From the NCBI GenBank assembly GCA_047967505.1, contig CM106538.1: a stretch of DNA of 64,000 bases. One strand, given 5' to 3'. Below the pieces are notes generated by a model. The model saw only the letters and a program-made list of their open reading frames with translations, did not search any database and was not told the origin of the DNA. Positions within the stretch are counted from its first letter, which is position 1. Each line of letters begins with the position of its first letter. This document shows, piece by piece, positions 27,638 through 38,025 of this stretch. The stretch comes from Dipteris shenzhenensis (taxonomy: Eukaryota). Both the position numbers and the translations under genes were made by a program.

Positions 27638-28156
27638 CACTACAAGGCATAGGCCCTTTTTCGACAAAAATACCGATGTTTTTTATATTAATTTTTTTTT
27701 TCACGGGTGCAAATGTCGTTATAAAAGTCGCTAAAAGCGTCGGAAAAGAACCGTCGCTATAAAGCGTCGCTATATAGCGACGCTGTTAATCATCACTATA
27801 TAGCGACACTGGTAAACGTCGCTATATAGCGACGATTAATAGAACTAAAAAAAAGGATTAGTGGGGCTAAATAGGGCTTGCTATGGCCCTGTTTAGCCCC
27901 ACTAATCCTTTTTTTTTTTTGTAATCACGAGAAAAAGTTTTTTATAACAAAATTTCCCTTGCAAAAAGGGTGATACAAAATCGCTCAAATGAAATGATTG
28001 AGCAACAAAAGCATATACATGTCGAACATATACAACAGTGCTTGTTACAAAATTACCCTTTCAAAAGGGTGATACAAAATTGCTCAAATGAGCGGATATA
28101 CAAAATGACATACATGGCGAAGAAAATGCAAACTGCTACTACTATCACTACTACTA

Positions 28157-29712
28157 CTACTCGTCCGAATCGTCCTCGTCCTCGTCTTGTTGGCCTGATC
28201 CTTGGTTCTCAGGAGCTGCGCCTTCTTCTTGATCCTCGTCACGTGCGTCTGATCCTTGGCCCTTGTGATCGCTTGCCTCCGATGATGGGACACTTGAGCT
28301 TTGACCCTAAGAGTGAACCATATAAATTGAAAATTAGATTGGAACTTAAGAATAAAACAATTTAAAAAGTGAGATTACAAGTAGGAGTAGACTTATACCA
28401 TGTGAGCGCGCAGCCACCTCAGCCCAATTGACCGTCGCTCCCATTGCCTCTTGCTCAATAAACCACGGCTTTGTTCCTATGCGAAATGCGTGTCGCGTCT
28501 CTACATCTGTAGGAAGACGACCCATCGTAGCTTGTTGTGGATCCAATTTACGAGAGTTAGAGTTAGCTAAAGTGCGTGTAATATGCAGTAAAACAAATAG
28601 AACAATACATTAAATGAGAAGAAGTAGACTTACCATGGTTGCCTCGAACGCCAACCATCTGCCTGCACCAAAGTGCGAAGTACCTACGATATCCAGCTGT
28701 CTCTTCGCAGCCCTCCTCTGACCCTCGAACATTTCGGGATGGTCCCTATTTTGCTTCTTGAAGAACTTCCAATCAGCTTTGTATGCCTTGCTGGGATTAG
28801 CCAACCCCTTTGTGCTAGAAGTATGCAAGTTTGATCTACAATGCTTCAAGACCAAACCCATGCGCTCTCGCATATAATCCTCATTAAACTCCAAATTTGG
28901 CAGCTTAGGGTATTTTTGTTTTAATTCATTGATGACCGCCTGCTTCTTTTGGTCATCTTGATACCGCCAATCGGTAGCAATGCCGCTCTTAAAGTGATGG
29001 CTCATCAACTACCTCATGGTGGCCATCACTGCTTTGCCCTTTCTATCTTCTATTATCTCTTCGGCAGCCGTGATTTGATGGGAGAGATCCCCTGATGAGT
29101 AAGGAGGACTTATGATAGCAGAGTCAGAAGGAGTGGAAGCTGTGCGAGTGCTTCCGAAGTGAGGAGTAGCAGTGGGAGTAGGAGAGGGCAAGGGACCTGA
29201 CTGATACTGTGTCTCTGGACCAAGTGGAGACCTGTAGGAATGTGAGTGTGCTGACTCGTCTACATCTCCCGAGTCAGCACAACATAAGCTACCCTTCCTA
29301 CTCTTCCTTCCCTTACGAGAGGCACGTGCAAGTGATGACCCCTCTATCAAAGGGGCACGAGGGGATGGTTGGGCAGTACGTCCAGCCGTCGGTGTAGGGG
29401 AGGGAATTGCTGAGGTCCTCTGAGATAGCAGAGAGAAGAATCTCGTTGCCTCCTCATCGCTCATCTGCGCTACAAACTCGTCGAGACTGCCGACAAAGCC
29501 ATGCACGGCTAGCAAAGGAGTTCCCTGAGGGGTAGTCGTAGTGCTATGTCCGAGAGGAGTCGGACTAGGGGTAGTCACAGTGCTAGGTCCGAGAGGAGTC
29601 AAGTCCTCGAGGTAGTCACCTTAGAGGAATCAAAGTCCTCTGGAGCATATAGATCGTGAGCTCTCCTCCTGCGAGGCTGTCCGTACTCGTCGAATATGCG
29701 ACGTGATCCCAT
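28157..29712 (-). pseudogene. CACTA TnpA-like gene with in-frame stops
   Basis: ORFs 29599-29712, 29009-29602 and 28610-29008 are colinear with 819-2368. Confidence 0.78.
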
Positions 29713-30535
29713 GTCTAACATAGACACAAAAACAAAAACAAAAAACAGAAAACAAACATAAGTTGCGGCATAGGCATAGGCATAGGCAAAGGAAAAGAGG
29801 AAGAAGAGGGAAAGGAAAAGAGGAGACATATGCATGATAAGCATAAGCATAAGAGACGGAGACATATGCTCATGCTTATGCTTTTACATGAGCATAAGAG
29901 AAGGGGGAAAGAGAGAAGAAGAGGGAAAGGAAAGAGGGAAAAAGAGGGAAAGAAAGAGAAAATAAGAGGGAAAGGAAACAGGGAAAGAGAGAAGAAGAGG
30001 GAAAGGAAAGAGGGAAAATGAGGAAAAGAAAGAGAGAAGAAGAGGGAAAGGAAAGAGGGAAAGAGAGAAGAAGAGGGAAAGAGAGAAGAAGAGGGAAAAA
30101 GAGAAAAAGAGAGAAGAAGAGGGAAAGGAAAGAGGGAAAACGATTGAAAGAAAGAGAGAAGAAGAGGGAAAGAGAGAAGGTAAAGAGGGAAAAAGAGGCG
30201 TATGCTCATGCTTATGCGCTAGCTGCAGGCCAATGGAAATAACAAAAATAACAAATGGAAAAAAGAGGAAGCACTTACCAGAAATAGTACGTCCCACTCG
30301 GTGTTGTGAACTGGCCCTACAAAAGAGAGAAAACATACCATTTTTCAAATAAGATGTTAGAGGAAGGAGGAGATTACAAAAGTAACTTCTTGAAAGGAGG
30401 AGATTGAGGAGACAAGGAGAAAGAGAAGGAAGAGAAATACAAAAAAGGAAAAGAAGAGGTGAGTCTTCTTTCTTTCTTGAAATCTCACTTTTTGTTTCAA
30501 TTCTTTGCAAACAAGCATGAAAACTAGTTTACAGG

Positions 30536-30781
30536 CTCGGGGGGGTCACTCATCATATGTAACCCTATCACGTGAGTTCAACAGAAGGATATTTTTTATT
30601 TCTAAAATTTACAGAAATAAATATACATAAGGGACTATTTAAAATAGTTTTGGAAAAAATTTACAGATTTGTATAGAAAAGGGGTACATTTTATTAATAC
30701 AAAATTTACAGATAAGGGATTTTAGAAATATGCCTTGAACGCACGTGGTATAGAGGGTTTATAGATAGTGACCCCCCCGAG
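30536..30781. mobile_element. ~250-bp MITE, second copy, opposite orientation
   Basis: Perfect TIRs CTCGGGGGGGTCACT / AGTGACCCCCCCGAG; 8-bp TSD TTTACAGG (30528-30535, 30782-30789); empty site visible at ~3361-3400. Confidence 0.92.
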
Positions 30782-31299
30782 TTTACAGGTTTAGTAATAC
30801 AAGGAGAAGCACTCACAAAACTAAGCTAACAAACAAATAACCTACATTGCTGAAACAGACTCACCTCTTGAAAAACTTCCTTTCAAGAAACTAAAGAGGG
30901 AGAAGGGTGGAGAGGGAGCACAAGAGCTAGGAGGAGGGTGAGGAGTGGAGAATAGAGTGGGAGGTTGTTGGAAATAGGTGGGAGGTCGTCAAAAATAGGT
31001 GGGAGGAGAGATTGCCTTGCTTACTTGAAAGATTAGAGAGTGCTAAAGAAAGTGCCGTGCATAGCATCGGGTTTCGATTTTAACCCACAGCGTCGCTATA
31101 TGGCGACGCTTAAACGTCGCTATATAGTGGCATTTTTAATTAAAAGCATCGCTATATAGCGACGGAACAGAGCAAAACGTCGCTATATAGCGACACTTTA
31201 AGACACTTTTTGTTCTAAGTTGAAGGGAAGCTCATAGATGCTATTTTATAACTGTTAATATATTTTCTTGCAACTTATGTTGTGATTTTATAAGTGTGG

Positions 31300-33507
31300 A
31301 TGGAAGGGACGAGTGGAAGCTGGTCCGATGATGCGCCAATGCTCGGGAGCACAAAGTGGCTTATAGCGGAGAGGTTATACTGTCAGTGCACTCATTGCAA
31401 GCGAGAAGTACGACATCAATGTCATATTATCATGCACCACTTACGGATGTATGGGGAGGAGCCCGAACCAGTACCCATCGTTGGTGTTGCACGTGTTGAT
31501 GGACTATCGGTAAGTCAAAGCTATTTAAGTTCGCAGTCTTATTGGATAGCAGGAAATACAAGATCTTATATTTATGCGAAATCTTAAAACAGGATGAGGA
31601 GGCGGACGAGGGTACGCATATACCTTCACACTTTGAGCAAGACTATAGTCTCCCGGATGATGACGAGGGTATGGTCGACATGATGGATTCTATTTTTAGG
31701 GGCACTACATCCCATGTACACGTGATGTCAGAGTTTGAGGTCAAAATGCGAGAGTTGCAATCAACACAATTGTATGAGGGTGCTAGGATGTCTAAACTAC
31801 GTGCTTGTCTCTCTCAATCTTGAATCTGTAAGTAAAGTATGGGTGGTCGCATACAAGTGTCTCGGCCTTAATGAGGTTAGCTCTTGCTTTAATTTGACTC
31901 ATTATTTGGATATTGTTTGTTTTGAGAATCATCATGTTTGTTTTGAGAATCATCATTTGGATAGTGTATACCGAATCATCATTGTTCGAAGCCTATGTAT
32001 GTTTGAATTGTCATAGGTTGCTCTAGAAGATGTTTCCTGCACCAAATACCATGCCCGCATCAAGAGATGAAGCGAAAAAGATGCTAACAACAGTGGGTAT
32101 GGATTATGATACCATCCATGCTTGCCGTAATGATTGTATTCTCTTTTGTCGTGAGCATGGAGATTTGGCTAGTTGTCCAAAGTGTGGGGAACAATGATGT
32201 AGAGATGACTTGCAGGGTGAGCGGATATCGGTAAAGGTATTGAGACACTTTCCCATCATTGCAAGAATACAACACATGTTCCGATGCAAATCCATAGCGG
32301 AGTTGATGACATGGCATGCATCTCATCGGTCCGCTGATGACACATTGAGGATTCCCGCAGATCGTGTAGCTTTGAAGCACATAGATAATCAGTGGTCGGA
32401 CTTTGCAAGGGAGCCATTCAACTTACATCTTGGGCTCGCCATGGACGGCGTGAATCCTTTCCGGTTACGCTCGACATCTTGGTCGACATGGCCCATAGTT
32501 GTGGTGAATTACAATATCCCACCATGGCTAACAATAAAAAAGGGACACCTCATGCTTGCACTACTTGTGCCAGGAAAGTACAAGGCAAAAAATATGGACG
32601 TGTACATGGCACCTTTGATAGAGGAGTTACAAATATTATGGAGAAGAGTGCAGGTCTTTGATATTTCCAGAGCTCCTAGACATACCAATGATATTTTGGT
32701 CAGGGGTATCTTGATGTGGACCATGCATGCCTACCTAGGATATGGAGAGTGCGCAGGACGTGGTTGTGTCTCTACATGTATAATGAGGGATTATGCTTTT
32801 ATGACTCTCTCTCGCATGCATGTCTTATACTAACACATTCATGCATGCGTGCAAGACTTGGTACCATGCTTGTCCTGTTTGTGGACCAAGTTTGAAATCA
32901 CTTGCTTGACCATCTCACACATGGAGGTTAGCTTGATCCACCACCATCAAATTTGAAGGCAAGTGATTGGATTCAAGCTTAGAGGGCAAATGGAGAGGAA
33001 CCTCCTCCTGGTATGAAGAGGCTATCGATCTTTCACGAGCTTCCTTATTGGGGTCAGTTACAAATCAATCATCTCTTGGATCCCATGCATATCTTCAAGA
33101 ATGTGGGGGCTACTATTTGGGCACACTTGGTTGGTTCCAAAGACTTGAGAGGAGTGCGAAAAGACTTGCGTGCTATGAATAGGATGTCTCGTTTGTGGCC
33201 CCAAGTGCATGCTTCGAGAAAAGTTGTCCTCCCGAAAGCAATGTGGATCCTCTCTACAAGGGAGGAGGCAGCAATCAAGGTAGACATTGCCTCTTTTCAA
33301 ACACCGACAGGGTACATGCATTGCTTGAAAGGAGCATTTTCAAAGGACAATAAGCTTAGTGGGCTCAAGTCCCATGATTGGCACAAGGTCTTACAGGTAT
33401 TCTAAGTAGAATTAGTGTACCGATAATCGTGATGCATTAGCGTAATTATGATTATGTTATATTGTTGACATGACTTCTTTGTTGCTTTGATAGTTCATCC
33501 TCCCAAT
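31300..33507 (+). pseudogene. TnpD-like transposase 5' part (Transposase_21-like core)
   Basis: IHACRNDC, NLHLGLAMDGVNPF, TWPIVVVNYNIPPW, LDPMHIFKNV, GLKSHDWH; colinear with 3900-6066. Confidence 0.9.
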
Positions 33508-33719
33508 ACATCATTGAACTCCCTTTTTGACATAAGTAGAAAGAGTCTCTTTTCCTTTTGATGAAGAAACCGAGCTCTTCTACCCATGTGATATCGAGTC
33601 CACCTACCAAAGCCATTGGGGCTATATTCCTTTCCTTTTAAATTCAAAGTGACATTAGAGACCCATGCTCTAATCTTAGAGTCATTTAGGATATCCCCCA
33701 CATTAGTTGATTGCTCCAT
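33508..33719 (-). pseudogene. Cargo gene copy A, first coding segment left outside the inversion
   Basis: MEQST...LNLKGKEYSPNGF...LFLLMSKREF aligns with MDLEA...LKYNGRIYAPKDF...LILVMTKREL at 43862-43695; both ATGs follow an AG acceptor. Confidence 0.7.
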
Positions 33720-34504
33720 AATCCTACAAGAAAAGATAATGAAGAATTTAGATACATACAAGTAAAGTACAATATACAACGCTTGATACAATAAATGTGG
33801 GAAATAGCCCAAAAGGCTGTACAAGGCTTCATATGGCAATAAATGTGACCAATAGCAGAGAGGGCTTTACAAAGTATTTTATAGCAATAAATGTGGGAAA
33901 TAGCTCACAAGGCTTTACAAGGCTTAAATATTTGTACAAATGTAAGAAAATTATCCAAAAAAGCTTTACAATGAAATCAAATGTCCTTTAGTGATAAAGC
34001 TTCAATCTTCGTGAAGACTTATAATCTGTCCATCCATTGATTTGCCCTCTAGTGATAAAGCTTCAATCTTCGTGATGACATGTAATCTGTCCATCCATTG
34101 ATATTTGTGCACTGATACCCAACCGATGCAATCTACCCACTAAAAACTGTTCCACTGATATCCACTTATGCAGCCCACTCATACTCGTTAAATAGTGAAT
34201 GGTCAGGATGGTCGGGTTTATTACAAGGCGCGTCATATGGCAATAAATGTAAAACATAGCCTAGAAGGCTTTACAAGGTTTTTTATGACAATAAATGAGC
34301 TTAAATATTTATACAAATGCAATAAAAATAACCAATAATCATCAAGCTCCAATATGCCCCATGACATGTAATCTGTCCACTGATACATGTAATTTGTCCA
34401 CTGATATCTGCTATCTGCTCATGCAATTTGCCCACTGATAAACTTCTTGGTAAATGGTAAAAGGTCCTATTTAATAGCATGTTATGAGTGTTAAACTGCA
34501 TGTG

Positions 34505-34650
34505 AGCGAAGGGACTGACAACGATTAGGAACTAGTTAAAAAAATTTAAGCATGGCTTCGATTGGCAACTTGGAGAATTGTCTCTCCTCTAAGGCAATCT
34601 AATCTATGCTAAACTATGCTAAACCAACTGTCGAAGCGAAGAAAAGCAAT
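34505..34650. promoter_or_regulatory. Conserved non-coding block upstream of cargo gene copy A
   Basis: GGACTGAC..CGATTAGGAACTAGT, TCTCCTCTAAGG, CTAATCTATGCTAA and AAGCGAAGAAAAGCAA are shared with 44325-44465. Confidence 0.55.
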
Positions 34651-34904
34651 AAATAATTTCTTTTTTTGTGTTCATTTTAATGTGCTAGGGTTTAAGAGGA
34701 TTAAATATGCAAAAGAAGGGGTTTTGATGTAGAGGCTAAACCTGCATGTGAGAGAAATGAAGAACAAGTATCTAAAGAAAAGTTAACATTTTTCAATTTA
34801 AAAGATGAATATCTATAAAAATATTATCTCACCTTCAAAACAAACCATAAATTCGCTCTTTTATAATTTTTTAAAAGTATAATATAAAACATGTAAATAT
34901 ATAA

Positions 34905-35223
34905 AACTCTCTCTTTCCTCTGAACTTTCTCTCTCTCTCTCTCTCTCTCTCCCTCTCTCTCCTCATAATTCTCTTTGTAGCCATAGTCAAGACACCTCAT
35001 TCTCTTTCTTAATCTCTCTCTCTCTCTCTCTCTGACAACTCTTATGTCTTTCCCTCTCTGTCCTCATCCCACTCATTCTCTCTCTTAGTTTATCTCAAGT
35101 CTCTCTTTCTCTCCCTCCCATGGCGGCTAGGATTTATCATTCTCTCTCTTCATCTCTCTCTCTCTCTCCACCTCTCTCTCCTCTCTCTCTAGAGATTTAT
35201 TATTCTCTCTCTCTCTCCTCTTC

Positions 35224-35258
<35 letters not shown>

Positions 35259-35545
35259 TACCCTCTCTACCTCCCTACCTCTATCCTCTTGGCCGCTAGG
35301 ATTTGTCATTCTTTCCCTCTCTATGTCTCTCTCTCTCTCTCTTTGAATTCTCTCTCTTAATCTCTCCCTGCCTTCCTCCCTCCCTCCCTCCCTCCCTCCC
35401 TCTCTCCCTTTCTCTCTCTCCTCTATCCATCTTCTCACTCTTAATCTCTCTTTCTCTCCCTGCCCTCTTCTCTCTCATTTCTCATTCTCTCTCTCTCTCT
35501 CTCCCTCCCTCCCTCCCTCCCTTGGCGGCCATGGCCGCGAGAAGT

Positions 35546-35581
<36 letters not shown>

Positions 35582-35990
35582 CTTCCTCTCTTGGCGGCCA
35601 CAGCTGCTATAAGTTTCATTCTCTCTCTCCCTCTCTCTCTTTATCTCTCTCTCCCTAAGTCTCCCTCCTCTCTTCTCTCTCATTTCTCTCTCTCTCTCTC
35701 TCTCTCTGTGTCTCTCTCCCTCCCTCCCTACTCTCTCCCTCCCTCTGGTGGCCATGGCTGCCAGAAGTTTCATTCCCTCTCTCTCCCTCTCTCTCTTTCT
35801 CTCTCTCTCCCTCTCTCTCCCTCTCTCTCTTTCTCTATCCCTAAGTCTCCCTCCTCTCTTCTCTCTCTCTCTCTCCCTCTCCCTCCCTACTCTCTCCCTC
35901 CCTCTAGTAGCCACGGCCGCCAGGAGACCCTCTTCTCTCTCTTAATCTCTCTCTCCCTCTCTTCGCTCTCTCTTTCTTTCCCTCCCTACT
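34905..35990. repeat. CT-rich low-complexity tract with interspersed GCGGCCATGGCCGC-like palindromes
   Basis: (CT)n and (CCCT)n runs; perfect palindrome at ~35525, variants at ~35593, ~35748, ~35908. Confidence 0.8.
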
Positions 35991-36411
35991 CAACACTTAT
36001 TTAATTAATTTTGGACTTGTCAATGTACAAATTCATTTTTACATATACTTTTGGACTAGTTTTCAGATAAAATTTAAGAAAAACCCAATCTTCAAAGCAC
36101 ATATAAAAACATAAAAACAAGCATTTTTTTATATATTTTTTAAGGACATGAAACTAAAATTATACACAGCCTACATAAGTTACATGAAAAAATAAGATTC
36201 GGTTGTTGTAAACTCTCTTAATATTTAATGGTGTTAATAAACACCTTCAAAAGTTAAGCCTGAGATTTTCAAGACTACATAAGTTACATGAAAAAATAAG
36301 ATTCGGTTGTTGTAAACTCTCTTAATATTTAATGGTGTTAATAAACACCTTCAAAAGTTAAGCCTGAGATTTTCAAGACTACAGCCATTCAATTTGATGA
36401 ATTTTCTATTT

Positions 36412-36846
36412 TCAAGTCCTTAGCCTAAATTCAACCCATTCAAGAGCTGAGCTCATCTCTTCCTCATCGATGTAGTTAAAATTATAGAAGAGAAGTAAGG
36501 ATTGATGAATTTTCTCCTGCATAACACTTTGTTTGTTCCGAATGGCTTGCGCTTCCTTGGGGGAAAGTCTTCCATAACGAGCCACACGCGAAGATATCTC
36601 ACTTTGAAAGTCTATAAACTCTCTCCTATATGACTGCAATTTATCTATTTCAGTAGTAGGCATACTTATTGTTCTTTCCTCTTCCTTCTCTAAGCCCTTC
36701 TGACAAGCAAAGTCATCCTTCTCATACTGGGTTAATGGAGCTGGATTTTGCTTTCTCTCCTCTCTCTTTCCTTGGTTCTCAGCAATCCATTCTTTGAGGC
36801 TGCTAATGGCTTGCTCGACAGAATCGATTGCCTTAAAAAGATCCAT
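36412..36846 (-). CDS. Intact 144-aa orphan ORF, charged and probably helical
   Basis: ATG start, uninterrupted frame and normal composition between non-coding repeats; no family recognised. Confidence 0.4.
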   Translation of the reverse strand: MDLFKAIDSVEQAISSLKEWIAENQGKREERKQNPAPLTQYEKDDFACQKGLEKEEERTISMPTTEIDKLQSYRREFIDFQSEISSRVARYGRLSPKEAQAIRNKQSVMQEKIHQSLLLFYNFNYIDEEEMSSALEWVEFRLRT

Positions 36847-36849
36847 AAT

Positions 36850-37345
36850 GGCTGCAAGATGAAAGGAGTATGCTTGAGAAGAGGAGGTAAGGTTGCGGGC
36901 AAGATGGAAGGAGCAAGCTTGAGGAGAGGAGTAAGGTAAGAAGAGTAAAGTGGAAGAAGTTTTTGTTGCGGGTGAGATATAGAAGACGAACGAGGTGAGG
37001 AAGGTAATGAGAGTGAGGAAAGATATAGAAGACGAACGAGGTGAGGAAGGTAACGAGAGTGAGGAAGGTAACTAGAGGAGGTAAGGTAAGATGAAAGGAG
37101 TATGCTTGAGAAGAGGAGGCAAGGCTGCAGAAGACGAACGAGGTGAGGAAGGTAACGAGAGTGAGGAAGGTAACTAGAGGAGGTAAGGCAAGATGAAAGG
37201 AGTATGCTTGAGAAGAGGAGGCAAGGCTGCAGGCAAGATGGAAGGAGCAAGCTTGAGGAGAGGAAGGAGCAAGCTTGAGGAGAGGAGTAAGGTAAGAAGA
37301 GCAAAGTGGAAGAAGTGTCTGCTGCGGGTGAGATATAGAAGATGA
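36850..37345. repeat. Purine-rich mosaic tandem repeats
   Basis: Recurrent AGAAGACGAACGAGGTGAGGAAGGTAAC and AAGATGAAAGGAGTATGCTTGAGAAGAGGAGG units. Confidence 0.8.
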
Positions 37346-38025
37346 ACGACTACTAGGGAATTTATAGAACTACAGATGCAAGACCGTAATGCGAGATGAC
37401 TAGATGCAAGATCGTAATGCGAGACATTATAAAATAAAATGATGGGATGCAAGACCGTAATGGGAGACATTTGAGACATGTAAGATAGTGATAGTACATT
37501 GAAATCTATAAAATAAAATGATGGAACACAAGATTGATATAATTAATAGAATCTCATCATGAGATATTCTTTTAATATAATATAAGTTAGTAATTATTAG
37601 AATCTCATCATGAGATATTCTTTTAATATAATATAAGTTAGACTTGCTGTACATAATAAATGATAGATTTTGAGTACATTGAAATCTATAAAATAAAGTG
37701 ATGGAACATAAGAATGAATTCTTTTAATATAATATAAGTTAGACTTGTTGTACATAATAAATGATAGATTTTGAGTACATTGAAATCTATAAAATAAAGT
37801 GATGGAACATAAGAATGATATAATTATTAGATTCTCATCATAAGATATTTATTGTACATAATAAATTAGACTTTCAAAAAAGTAAAACCTAATGTATTGT
37901 AATGAATAAATATCATAAAATATCCTAATGTATTGCAACATTTAACATAAGTTTTAAAAACACTATCATTAATCAATACAAACAAGATAAAAATCTTCAA
38001 GGACTCATGTTTCTTTCTACATGTT

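Larger units (their letters stand above)
27638..33507 (+). mobile_element. CACTA copy 5, end-A portion (TnpA-like on minus, TnpD-like 5' part on plus)
   Basis: Starts CACTACAAGGCATAGG at 27638; palindrome array 27715-27835; TnpD homology stops at ~33507. Confidence 0.9.

Noticed and set aside
35127-36004. ORFs in the CT tract, and similar ones at 455-877, 9883-10221 and 29715-30510
   Set aside because: Low-complexity translations with no domain signal
36000-38000. Terminus (TIR/TSD) of the putative large element
   Set aside because: Only AT-rich local duplications (~104 bp at 36171-36380; ~100 bp at 37650-37850) were seen; no convincing inverted-repeat partner in the window
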